From positions 64,001-128,000 of the forward strand of contig JANVYQ010000004.1 in assembly GCA_030059675.1 (NCBI GenBank): a stretch of 64,000 nucleotides of DNA, read 5' to 3'. This document shows positions 39,216-48,428 of this stretch, piece by piece (the stretch's first letter is position 1; every line of letters begins with the position of its first letter). This DNA comes from Candidatus Pelearchaeum maunauluense (GTDB lineage Archaea > Thermoproteota > Nitrososphaeria_A > Caldarchaeales > Caldarchaeaceae). The notes beneath the pieces are model-generated. The model had not been told where the DNA came from and searched no databases. It saw nothing but the letters and a program-made list of their open reading frames with translations. A program made the position numbers and the translations under genes.

Positions 39216-39359
39216 TTAAGGCTTTACGCCCTTCTTTAACTGGCCTCTCTCAACCATCACGCTATGCCCTCTGTCGCAGAACAGGATAACGCCTTGTGGA
39301 AGCTCCTTCATCATAACGCTCTCCTTCTCCACACGGCAGATAGGGCATGTGAAGCGCAT
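39216..39359 (-). CDS. 47-aa Zn-ribbon microprotein (not in ORF track)
   Basis: MRFTCPIC...CDRGH; TATA-like CTTAAATA about 25 nt upstream. Confidence 0.6.
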   Translation of the reverse strand: MRFTCPICRVEKESVMMKELPQGVILFCDRGHSVMVERGQLKKGVKP

Positions 39360-39437
39360 AGATTAGACAGCTCCATATACGTATTTAAGTGATAATGGAC
39401 AATGCAAATAACCTGTATCAAATCCTAGGGGGAGGAG

Positions 39438-39899
39438 ATGGGTATGAATAGGGTTAAGGTTGGTGATTTGGCTCCAGACTTCACCCTCCCCTCGCATGAT
39501 GGCGGAGTAGTTAGGCTAAGCAGCCTGCGAGGCCATCATGTTGTCCTCTTCTTCTATCCTAAAGACGGCTCGCCTGGATGTACGCGAGAAAACTGCCTCG
39601 TTAGAGATAGGTTGGACGAGTTTAAGGAGCTTGACGCGGTGGTTATCGGTATAAGTAAAGACAGCCTAGATAAGCACAAGCGTTTCGCAGAGAGGTATAA
39701 GCTAACCCACCTACTCCTAAGCGATGCTGATGGAGAAGTTTCACGCCGATACGGGGCTTTAGGCTTCCTAGGACTGTTCACCAGGAGAATTACATTTGTA
39801 ATAGACAGGAATGGCGTAATAAGATATATCCATCAATCCATTAACCCAGCCTCCCACGTAGAGGCGGCTCTAAAAGCATTAAGAGAGATAACGTCTTAA
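39438..39899 (+). CDS. bcp: Peroxiredoxin BCP/PrxQ
   Basis: FYPKDGSPGCTRENC. Confidence 0.92.
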   Translation: MGMNRVKVGDLAPDFTLPSHDGGVVRLSSLRGHHVVLFFYPKDGSPGCTRENCLVRDRLDEFKELDAVVIGISKDSLDKHKRFAERYKLTHLLLSDADGEVSRRYGALGFLGLFTRRITFVIDRNGVIRYIHQSINPASHVEAALKALREITS

Positions 39900-39957
39900 A
39901 GCTTATTAATAGTAAGCGTCAAACTTATTACAAAGACTTAATGCCTCTAGTAAGTGG

Positions 39958-40257
39958 GTGAGCCAACAAGAGATGCCTGATAAACGGGATGTCAAGCTCG
40001 CTAAAATTGTGATAGATATTTTAAAACCCCATATGCCTCCGCTGGTGGATTTCACCAAAGAAATCGCAAACGTAGATGGGCTTCTCCGCGTTGATGCGAC
40101 AATCGTTGAGGTTGATACAGAGACGGAGTCAGTCAAACTGACGGTAGAGGGAAACGACATAAACTTGGAGAAGTTGCTGGAGATTATAAAGAAGATGGGC
40201 GCCGCAATACATAGTATTGACCAGGTAGTGGCGGAGAGACCAATAAGACAAAGATGA
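39958..40257 (+). CDS. DUF211 protein
   Basis: DILKPH; GAAIHSIDQV. Confidence 0.85.
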   Translation: MSQQEMPDKRDVKLAKIVIDILKPHMPPLVDFTKEIANVDGLLRVDATIVEVDTETESVKLTVEGNDINLEKLLEIIKKMGAAIHSIDQVVAERPIRQR

Positions 40258-40282
40258 GATGACGCGGCTGGTGAGCGCATGA

Positions 40283-40888
40283 TTGTTAAAACTCATTAAA
40301 GCCCTCCTAGTACGTATCTCGCGTTTCCTAAAGTACTCAGGTAAGGATGTTATTGCGCGCCGCTATTTTGTCTTAAGCGTCTTTGACGGAACCCTAGCCG
40401 CCTTCGGGATAGTTGTTGGGGCTAACTTTGTGAGGGGCACAAGCCCAGCCACGATAGTGGCCGCTGGTATAGGGGCCGCCGTGGCCATGCTCATATCAGG
40501 TGTTACTGGGAGTTTCATGACTGAGACTGCCGAGAGTAAGAAGAGGTTGAAGGAGATTGAGGAAGCCATGTTGGCCGACATGGATGAGAGCATAGTTGCG
40601 GAGGCTGGAAGCTACGGCGCTATAATAGCAGCGCTCATCAACGGCTTGGCTCAATTCGCAGCGGCAACAACTGTGCTCCTACCATACATAATATCACTAT
40701 TCTACCCAACAATAGTGGGGATAGCGCTCTACGCCTCCTTCGCGATAGCTCTGGCCATGATATTCACTCTGGGAACGATACTAGCCAAGGTATCGCGCCA
40801 GAATATACTCGATATGAGTATAAAGATGCTCGCGGTCGGGCTTCTCGCCATAATGCTGATACTCCTACTACAGTTCTTCGCTGGCTAG
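40283..40888 (+). CDS. VIT1/CCC1-like transporter
   Basis: RRYFV..FDG; ETAE; follows DUF211. Confidence 0.8.
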   Translation: MLKLIKALLVRISRFLKYSGKDVIARRYFVLSVFDGTLAAFGIVVGANFVRGTSPATIVAAGIGAAVAMLISGVTGSFMTETAESKKRLKEIEEAMLADMDESIVAEAGSYGAIIAALINGLAQFAAATTVLLPYIISLFYPTIVGIALYASFAIALAMIFTLGTILAKVSRQNILDMSIKMLAVGLLAIMLILLLQFFAG

Positions 40889-41962
40889 CCTGTAAGAAAT
40901 TTTAGAAGCTCACGCGGCTGGAAGACCCCTTTCTCCGTTATTATTGCGCTGACAAGCTCTGGCGGCGTGATGTCAAAAGCGGGATTTAACGCGTGTGCGC
41001 CGCGCGGCGTTATCCTTGTACGACCAACATAATGAACTTCATCCTCGGAACGATGCTCAATAACGACCTCGTCAACCCGCTTCCTGAGGTCAACCGTTGA
41101 CATGGGAGCAGCTACGTAGAAGGGAATTTTGAAGTAGTTCGCATTCACGGCAAGGGTTAGAGTCCCTATTTTATTTATTACGTGCCCCGTCTGCGCCAGT
41201 ATGCGGTCGGCGCCCACTATCACTTTATCCACCTTGCCCTGCGACATTAGAAACCCAGCCATGTTATCTGTTATGACTGTTGTAGGTATTCCGTCGCGCA
41301 TAAGTTCGAAGACTGTGAGGCGTGCTCCCTGGAGGCGAGGCCTAGTCTCACTGGCGTAAACCTCTATCCTCTTACCCTGCTCCACGGCAGCCCTTATGAC
41401 CCCCAGAGCTGTTCCATAGCCTACTGTGGCGAGTGCCCCCGCACTCTGCTGACCCAGCGGTAAACGGCTTGGGTCATTTACAGAGCGTGAGCACCCTATC
41501 GCCGTCGTTAAGCAGCTCGGCGCCAAACCTGCCTATCGCCTTATTCGTCTCCACATCCTCGTCAGCCATCTTTAGAGCTTCTAAGAGGACAGCTTGACGT
41601 ACGTCGTCAGCGTCTCCATCGGTTCTACGAGCCTTCTCCATCACCCGCTCAATAGCCCAGAATAGGTTAACGGCAGTAGGCCTGGTTGATGCTAGATACT
41701 TCGCAGCTTCCTCAAGCTCGTTAAGAATCTCTTCTCTGCTTTTTGCGTTGGACTTTACCGCGCAGAGGGCAAGTCCCATGGCGGCGGCAACGCCTATTGC
41801 TGGGGCTCCCCTAACAACCATGCGCTTAATAGCCTCACCAACCCCGCGGTAGTCTCTAAACCTTATAAAGCGAAACCTCTGGGGAAGGGCTGTCTGGTCT
41901 ATCATAACAACCTCAGACCTAGAGTCATCCCAGTAGATTGTTCGTATCTCCTTCTTCATCAT
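40885..41962 (-). CDS. mtnA: Methylthioribose-1-phosphate isomerase in two exons (41962-41478, 41443-40885); 347 aa after splicing
   Basis: VRGAPAIG and RPTAVNL in exon 1; [28 protein letters not shown] in exon 2. Confidence 0.9.
41444..41477 (-). other. 34-nt BHB intron in mtnA mRNA
   Basis: Central CTGT/GCAG, bulges AAA and AGT, inner helix TGACCCA/TGGGTCA; excision gives TGT-AAT-GCG (C-N-A). Confidence 0.88.
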
Positions 41963-42020
41963 CAAAGAGATGAACGAAACCGCGGTGATTAAACATTTTC
42001 TCAGCATAGCGGGAGATGGT

Positions 42021-42992
42021 TCATGAGGAGGCGAGCGCCTCCTCTTCGTATGACAAGACGTCAACAGGTTTCCCAGTTTTAGCCGAGTGGAGTATGGCCT
42101 CCGCTACGAGCTCGGCGGTGTAACCATCACCCACCCCCACCAGCGGCTCTCTTTTACTCCTAACACACTCTATAAAATGCTCCAACTCAAGACGCAGCGG
42201 CTCACTATACTTTATCATAGGCATCTTAACCGCATCCGCTTTCTCTATGGTGAGCTCCTGTTCTATGAACTTTAAGCTAATCACACCATCATCACCAGTT
42301 ATGTGCATCTCCCTCTTCTTACGCGGCGTGAGCCAGTTAGCTTCTATGAGGGCGCTTCTCCCGTTGGTAAATGTGAGAGTAGCTTGTATGTGGTCTTCAA
42401 GTCTATGTCTCAAAGAGCCGCCGCGCGCATACACGTTGAGAGGTGTTGAGCCAAATATGTAGGTTGTTAAATCTATGTCATGTATCGCCGTGTCCTTGAC
42501 AACCCCCACGTCTCCTATCCTCTCAGGCCAGCTTCCAATCCTCCTACTATACGAGAGAATTATACTCCCTATCTCGCCCTGGTCAAGAAGCTCCTTAGCA
42601 GCTTTAACCACTGGGTTAAACCGCTCAAGAAACCCCACCATAACAACCGTATTACTGGATTTCGCGGCATCAACTATCTTTATAGAATCCTGTATGCTAG
42701 TGGCCATCGGCTTCTCAATCAATACCGATATTCCACGTTCTATTGCTTTTAGAGAAAGCTCGGCATGCGTGGTTGATGGTGTGCATATTGTTATAGCGTC
42801 TGGCTCCACTCTATCTAATAACGTATCATAGTCCGTGAAGTATTTTGGTATTTGGTACTTCTTGGCAGCGTTCTCTGCGCGTGTGGCGTCTATATCGCAG
42901 ACGCCAACTATAGTGCATCTTTCCAGCTCCCGAAGAATCCTCAAATGGTTTCTGCCCCAGAAGCCAGCGCCTGCTACGGCAACCCTAACCAT
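42021..42992 (-). CDS. Gfo/Idh/MocA oxidoreductase (nucleotide-sugar dehydrogenase-like)
   Basis: GAGFWG, EKP, RFNP, DTAIHDID. Confidence 0.9.
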   Translation of the reverse strand: MVRVAVAGAGFWGRNHLRILRELERCTIVGVCDIDATRAENAAKKYQIPKYFTDYDTLLDRVEPDAITICTPSTTHAELSLKAIERGISVLIEKPMATSIQDSIKIVDAAKSSNTVVMVGFLERFNPVVKAAKELLDQGEIGSIILSYSRRIGSWPERIGDVGVVKDTAIHDIDLTTYIFGSTPLNVYARGGSLRHRLEDHIQATLTFTNGRSALIEANWLTPRKKREMHITGDDGVISLKFIEQELTIEKADAVKMPMIKYSEPLRLELEHFIECVRSKREPLVGVGDGYTAELVAEAILHSAKTGKPVDVLSYEEEALASS

Positions 42993-43005
42993 GCCTCAGC
43001 CACAC

Positions 43006-44067
43006 CTAATCAATAAACGGTTTATTCAAATCTATCACGGTAAGCCTGTCCCTACACATCCTTGACATAGACTCCACCAAATAGCCAAACTCTGTGTAGA
43101 AGAGCAGTACGTCATAACCATGAATTATGCCATCTATGTCTTTTTCCTCCGAAAGCTCGTCAGACATCCTGTAGGAGACCCTGCATCTCTTGGATGGCAG
43201 AACCCCTGCAACTATATTCCTATCCTCCTTTGAGTCTATTACCGCCAACACGTTGATTTCCCCCTTTTTCTTGGCCAGCTCATTAACCCGACGCCTTGCG
43301 CGTATAAGTGTATCCTGGCTTAGAATCTTGTGAATGCGTATGGACTCCATCACAATTTTAGTAAGGCGGGGCTTGCTCCTCTCAAACCCAAATAGGTACC
43401 GCGTGGCGGCGAGCACCTCGTCATTATAGTTCTTGAATCCTGGGATGAGCCTTGACCCCCCAAGTCTAGCCGCTGCGATGAGCTCTAGGGCGACGGCGGA
43501 ACTAACGTATGTGTTTAGAAGGTTTAGGAGGGTTGCCATCTCCGCCTCCTCCAAGCTATCTAGATAAACTATCTCCCTGCCGAAGACATGCTTGACAAGC
43601 TGAGCGAGCCTGCTATCGTCGGTGCAGTAGGCTGGCTGCTTGCCAACTACCCTATGAGGGCATCCGAAGTATCCTATCTCCGCATCGTTAGCGAATTCAT
43701 AGAGTTGGATTCTCTCAATAAGCCTGACCGTAGAGCCGATGGGGTTGAGGCCGCTCAGTAATATACAATTACACTCTATATTCAGCTGTCCAAGCCCGCG
43801 TATGAGGTTCTCCACATCCCTGAATCTCTCCCCTTCGGGAGATAGTATGTTAGCGGAGACCCACACTACCTCAAACTCGCCGTCAACGGATGTCTTGCTT
43901 TTGAGCCTCTCGTCGGATACAAGCCTGATGAATTCGCGTCGTTTGATGAATTCACTCATTCGTGGATTGTATTTTAGTGCCTGTGATACTACGAATGGGT
44001 TTGGGGCGTAGAAAGTTGTTCGGAAGCCAGATAAGGCTGCTCTGCACGCTATCTCTACGCCGCCCAC
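43006..44067 (-). CDS. Divergent UDP-sugar dehydrogenase-like protein
   Basis: Remnants PIGST and AEMATLL; frame extends to a possible CTG start at 44106. Confidence 0.45.
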   Translation of the reverse strand: MGGVEIACRAALSGFRTTFYAPNPFVVSQALKYNPRMSEFIKRREFIRLVSDERLKSKTSVDGEFEVVWVSANILSPEGERFRDVENLIRGLGQLNIECNCILLSGLNPIGSTVRLIERIQLYEFANDAEIGYFGCPHRVVGKQPAYCTDDSRLAQLVKHVFGREIVYLDSLEEAEMATLLNLLNTYVSSAVALELIAAARLGGSRLIPGFKNYNDEVLAATRYLFGFERSKPRLTKIVMESIRIHKILSQDTLIRARRRVNELAKKKGEINVLAVIDSKEDRNIVAGVLPSKRCRVSYRMSDELSEEKDIDGIIHGYDVLLFYTEFGYLVESMSRMCRDRLTVIDLNKPFID

Positions 44068-44107
44068 GTCAAGGTCTGCTACCAGTATATCGTTTTCCCG
44101 CGGCAGC

Positions 44108-44359
44108 TCACTCCACCCTCAGCATTATCCTATAGAGCCAGAACTCGGTAAGTCTCTCCCATACAAACACCCAAACAGCGAAAGCAAACAACCCCACAAA
44201 AACTCTTGCAGCTGACATAAACATGTCGCCAGCCACCTGCCCCTCAGGCAACGTTATGAGCACGCTTAAGATAACCGAGACGCCTAGGAAGAGTGCCCAG
44301 ATTATCGTAAGCAATATAATTAGCATGAAAATCTTAACTCCTGGCTTATCTCCCTGCAT
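44108..44359 (-). CDS. Small 2-TM protein
   Basis: Two hydrophobic helices; inside the operon. Confidence 0.65.
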   Translation of the reverse strand: MQGDKPGVKIFMLIILLTIIWALFLGVSVILSVLITLPEGQVAGDMFMSAARVFVGLFAFAVWVFVWERLTEFWLYRIMLRVE

Positions 44360-44363
44360 GATA

Positions 44364-45362
44364 TCACCCTATAAGGAGGAACTGGGTTATTAACGCTAGT
44401 ATAGCCGCGTACGCGGAGAGCATAGCCATGTAGCGCACCACCCTGGGCTCTGTCATGGGCTGTATGGCTGTTATAAGCCGAACAAGCGTAACGGGCGAGT
44501 CCCTGTCGCGGCTGGCGTATAGCTTGCCGTTCTTAACCTCAACAGGTCTCTTGGCCAGGTATCGCGCGCTCTTAAGGCCGCCGATGGAGAAGATTATGTG
44601 GAACTCGTTCATTATTTGGGGCATCAGCGCTATTATCGCCGCCACCTCCATCTTGCCCACTATGGCTATGGTCGCTATCGTCGCCCCCACGAAGAGGCTT
44701 CCCACGTTTCCAGCGAATATCTTGGAGGGATACTTATTCTGTGTTAGGAAGGCTATGAGAGAGCCAAGTAGTGTTAGTGATATGATGAACGCCTCATACT
44801 CGCCCTGCAGGTAGCTTATGAAGATCAGTGGAATGAGCGCTATGATGGACATTAACGCCATAGAGCCGTTTAGCACGTCTGTACTATTAACGGCGTTTGA
44901 CAAGACTGCGTAGCCAGCTATTATGAGGAGGGGATAAACTAGGAACATTCTAGTCTGACCTATGAATGGAAGCTCTGGAGTAGGTGAATAAACACCGAAT
45001 AGTATTATCGGCAGGCCAGCCAGAGAAATTAGAAGAGGCTTTAGTATGGGGTTAAGCTCGCGTAGGTCTTCAAGGAGGCCTATTGAGGAGGCTATGATCG
45101 CGGATAGGAGATAAGCTACAAATACTGTTGCATAGATATTGTAAATAATCGCCGCGGCCGTTAATGGTATTAGTGTGCCGAGGAATATTGCTAGGCCGCC
45201 CAGCTTGGGTATTAAGGGCTTATCGGGCTTATGCACATCGGAGCCCATGGCTCCTATACTTGATGATAGCCGTTTAACGAGGGGGATGAGAATTAGCGTG
45301 ATGAGGAACGCAGAAACAAAAATCATAACAACAAACAACACGTTAGGCTGTGGAGACAACAT
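44364..45362 (-). CDS. UDP-GlcNAc:dolichyl-phosphate GlcNAc-1-phosphotransferase (MraY/Alg7/AglH family)
   Basis: DVHKP, GGLAI, NAVNSTDVLNG, YPSKIFAGN. Confidence 0.88.
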   Translation of the reverse strand: MLSPQPNVLFVVMIFVSAFLITLILIPLVKRLSSSIGAMGSDVHKPDKPLIPKLGGLAIFLGTLIPLTAAAIIYNIYATVFVAYLLSAIIASSIGLLEDLRELNPILKPLLISLAGLPIILFGVYSPTPELPFIGQTRMFLVYPLLIIAGYAVLSNAVNSTDVLNGSMALMSIIALIPLIFISYLQGEYEAFIISLTLLGSLIAFLTQNKYPSKIFAGNVGSLFVGATIATIAIVGKMEVAAIIALMPQIMNEFHIIFSIGGLKSARYLAKRPVEVKNGKLYASRDRDSPVTLVRLITAIQPMTEPRVVRYMAMLSAYAAILALITQFLLIG

Positions 45363-45464
45363 CCCAACGTCCAGCCCTATGATGTTTGTTTTAGTCTTTT
45401 CTCAGTTTAGAAGGTTAAATTATGGTGTCGCAAGGTTCTAATGGTTTAGAATAAGGGTTGCGCT

Positions 45465-46529
45465 ATGCTGGTTTGGATTGATATACTTACACCAAAACAA
45501 TTCTGGTTTTTCACATCTCTGGAGAAGCGGCTAAAAGCTCTTGGACTTGATGTCATGCTAACTTCACGTAGATATGAGCAGGTCTTGCCGCTGATAGAGG
45601 CGGTGGGGAGGGATGATATAATTATAGTGGGCGAGTATGGAGGAGGTAGTCTGGAGGGGAAGCTCCGCGCCAGCATAGCGCGGAGTATGGAGCTGGCCGA
45701 GCATATTATAAACAGCGCACCGGCGTTGGCTGTATCCAGCGGGTCGCCAGAAGCGGCCAGGATAGCATATGGCCTGGCAATCCCCCATATACTGGCATCA
45801 GACACCCCACATTCTCCAGTGAATAGCCTCTGCGCACCACTCTCGCGACGCATATTCACGCCTTGGATAATAGGGAAAACCCCTTGGACGAAGTATGGTG
45901 TAAGGCCGCGTAGCATCACGCTATACAGGGGGCTTGACCCAATAGCATGGCTTGACGAGATGCCGCATGATAAAAGCGTGTTAAGACAATACGACCTGAG
46001 GGAAAATAACTACATAGTTATACGCGGCTCGGAGTTTAAAGCCGCTTATCTAGGAGAGGAGTATCTAACCCAGTTCATAGAGTTGGTGCGCAAGTTGGCC
46101 GAGGTAAGCGCTGGTTATGATGTTGTTGTTATGCCGCGCTATGGTGATGAGGTTAAGAGGCTTGAGGATGTTTTAGACTCTAGTGTTAAGATAGTTAAGA
46201 AGCCCGTGGTGGGCTCGGCAATTCTGAGATACTCGTCATCATTTATCGGAGGCGGTGGAACCATGACTCAAGAAGCCGCCCTGATGGGCGTGCCAGTATT
46301 TTCCATATATCCAAAAAAGCTGCCAGAAGTCATCTCATTCCTCATCAGACAGGGGCTTGTAAAAAGGCCTAGAAACGTGCCTAGCCTAGTCCAGGAAGTT
46401 AAGCGTATTCTCAGGGATGTGGATTATTTCAAGGAAAGATATACACGGCTCGCCAGACGGATTAGAGAAACTATGCGCAACCCTGCTGTTGAGATAGCGC
46501 ACCACATAAAGAGGAGCGAATTCACCTAA
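45465..46529 (+). CDS. DUF354 GT-B fold protein
   Basis: WIDILTPKQ; GGGGTMTQEAALMGVP. Confidence 0.85.
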   Translation: MLVWIDILTPKQFWFFTSLEKRLKALGLDVMLTSRRYEQVLPLIEAVGRDDIIIVGEYGGGSLEGKLRASIARSMELAEHIINSAPALAVSSGSPEAARIAYGLAIPHILASDTPHSPVNSLCAPLSRRIFTPWIIGKTPWTKYGVRPRSITLYRGLDPIAWLDEMPHDKSVLRQYDLRENNYIVIRGSEFKAAYLGEEYLTQFIELVRKLAEVSAGYDVVVMPRYGDEVKRLEDVLDSSVKIVKKPVVGSAILRYSSSFIGGGGTMTQEAALMGVPVFSIYPKKLPEVISFLIRQGLVKRPRNVPSLVQEVKRILRDVDYFKERYTRLARRIRETMRNPAVEIAHHIKRSEFT

Positions 46530-48144
46530 GCTGACTACGTAGGATAGCTATCGCATCCCTCACACTACTCTCTGAAGATTTCAACGCTTTACGGTAGCTG
46601 CTAAACACGCGCTCATAGACATGCTTTGTAAGCCTTCCAGACCTGGCATCATCGTAGGAACGCTGTAATGCTTGCAACGTAGTAATAATATCATCAAACG
46701 CCGACTCTATACTCTTAACGGCGCCTATGGCATCTGGCACGGCCTTCTCAACTCTCCTCCTCATCTCCATTACTCTATCCCTAGCGCGCCTGACGCTGGA
46801 AATCTTCTCTTCAAACAATGCTCTCTGGGAGGAGCCGAAAGATGATGAATCAGGTCTTATATTTTCAACCAGGCGTTGATAGCTGGTGAGTGTTTCCTGG
46901 ACTATTGATACTATCTCCTGCAGCGTGTTTTTTACCTCTCCACTCATACGATACGCCACCTTTGATGGTGTTTTCATCTTCCTGACAACCGCCGTTACCG
47001 CCGCTGCGAGAATTATCCCAGCCCATATCGCTGGTGTCAGGGCTGACGGTATCGCGGCTGGCTTGAAGCTAAGTAGTATGCTTGTGTTTGGTAGGATAAC
47101 TAGGTTGGAGAGCTTAACGGTTATTTCTTTGCGGTCTTGGTACAACGGCTTCAACGCCCATTCCTCGCCTGTAATGGCCTTGACATCACCAGGGGGAGTA
47201 ATCACGGTTATGAAATAATCCACTATCGTAGCATTCAACAGTTTGGGCGGATGCACCACTATCCTATCCTGAAGAACATCCACCAACCCGCTGTACTGGA
47301 ATTGTATGTAAATTCCAGCCCTCTCACCAGACCTGAGAGGCTGTTTCAAGATAACCCGCAGCCTCTCAGCCTTCTCATTAAGCTGCGTTTGGAGAGGCTC
47401 TATCCCGTTGGTAACCCTTTTCAAAGATGCTCCAGATGGGAAGAAAATATCCACATCGTTGATCGTTCTCTCTCCATCGTTACGTACTTTGATGTAGAGG
47501 TTTGCCTGGGGCTCTCCCTGGAGGTCTATGCTCACTTCAGCTCTCTCAATAGTCAATAACTTCATGTCTCCTATGTCTATCGTTATGCTCCCTGCCTTGA
47601 CTTGGTTAGGTAGTATGTCGCGTAATGTTGCTGTGGCTGTTGTTTTCTCCTCATCCAACTTGAATTCGGCGCCGTTTGCTGCGGTTATTGTTGCCCCTTC
47701 TGGTACTTTCATGGATAGGCGTAGCTCGCTAATCCTCTCCTCCATCAGCGGCGTGAGCGACATTATGAGCCTATACTTGTTCGCCTCCTCTGTCTTCAAC
47801 AGCATATCACGCCAAACAGTAACCAACGACGCAGACGTGCCTGAAGGCCAGCTATTGACGGGCTTGAGGATGAAGTAGAGAGCACCGTTATCTCCTCTCT
47901 CTAGGCTTATTGAAGCCTCCGCGCCGCTTACGTAGTATCCTAGGAGCTTGTCAGCCATGTCTTCGGTAAAACCTATCCTAATCTCAGCCTGCGGGGTCTG
48001 CGGGGAGACGCTGTCGGTTACGTATATGAGGCCACTATCCACAAGCTCTATACTCCTACTAACCCCCTGAAGCTGAGGAACAGCAGTAGGGGTTAGGATG
48101 AGCGCAATAGCCATGAGGCCCAGAACTAGAAGCGCAGCCCTCAA
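46522..48144 (-). CDS. Ribophorin-I-like type I membrane protein
   Basis: Signal peptide, two repeated beta-rich domains, one TM, cytosolic helical bundle. Confidence 0.55.
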   Translation of the reverse strand: MRAALLVLGLMAIALILTPTAVPQLQGVSRSIELVDSGLIYVTDSVSPQTPQAEIRIGFTEDMADKLLGYYVSGAEASISLERGDNGALYFILKPVNSWPSGTSASLVTVWRDMLLKTEEANKYRLIMSLTPLMEERISELRLSMKVPEGATITAANGAEFKLDEEKTTATATLRDILPNQVKAGSITIDIGDMKLLTIERAEVSIDLQGEPQANLYIKVRNDGERTINDVDIFFPSGASLKRVTNGIEPLQTQLNEKAERLRVILKQPLRSGERAGIYIQFQYSGLVDVLQDRIVVHPPKLLNATIVDYFITVITPPGDVKAITGEEWALKPLYQDRKEITVKLSNLVILPNTSILLSFKPAAIPSALTPAIWAGIILAAAVTAVVRKMKTPSKVAYRMSGEVKNTLQEIVSIVQETLTSYQRLVENIRPDSSSFGSSQRALFEEKISSVRRARDRVMEMRRRVEKAVPDAIGAVKSIESAFDDIITTLQALQRSYDDARSGRLTKHVYERVFSSYRKALKSSESSVRDAIAILRSQLR

Positions 48145-48302
48145 CAGCCACCAGCCCAGAGCCCATACTCCCTAAAATAATAACCTTTGACGCTCCCATA
48201 CCAAGAAAGAAAGGACATAAATCCCATCCATACACAGCCGACAACGTTAAGAAAGACCTTAACACCACACAGGGGGGTTGGAGGGCAGAGTACCCCATGG
48301 AT

Positions 48303-48417
48303 GGGCCCGTAGCCTAGAATGGATAGGGCGTCGGCCTGCGGAGCCGGAGAGGGACAGCATGAAAAAGGGAGCGCGGTCCCCCGCAAGTCCCGGGTTCAAG
48401 TCCCGGCGGGCCCACCA
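48303..48417 (+). tRNA. tRNA-Arg(GCG) with 37-nt intron (48350-48386) at 45/46; CCA encoded
   Basis: TCGGC-CTGCGGA-GCCGG; bulges AGA and AAG, inner GGGAC/GTCCC; splicing restores AGGTC. Confidence 0.9.
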
Positions 48418-48428
48418 TCACCGTTGGT

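Noticed and set aside
40885-42064. mtnA as a frameshifted pseudogene or as two genes
   Set aside because: Both halves are intact and BHB excision restores the exact motif
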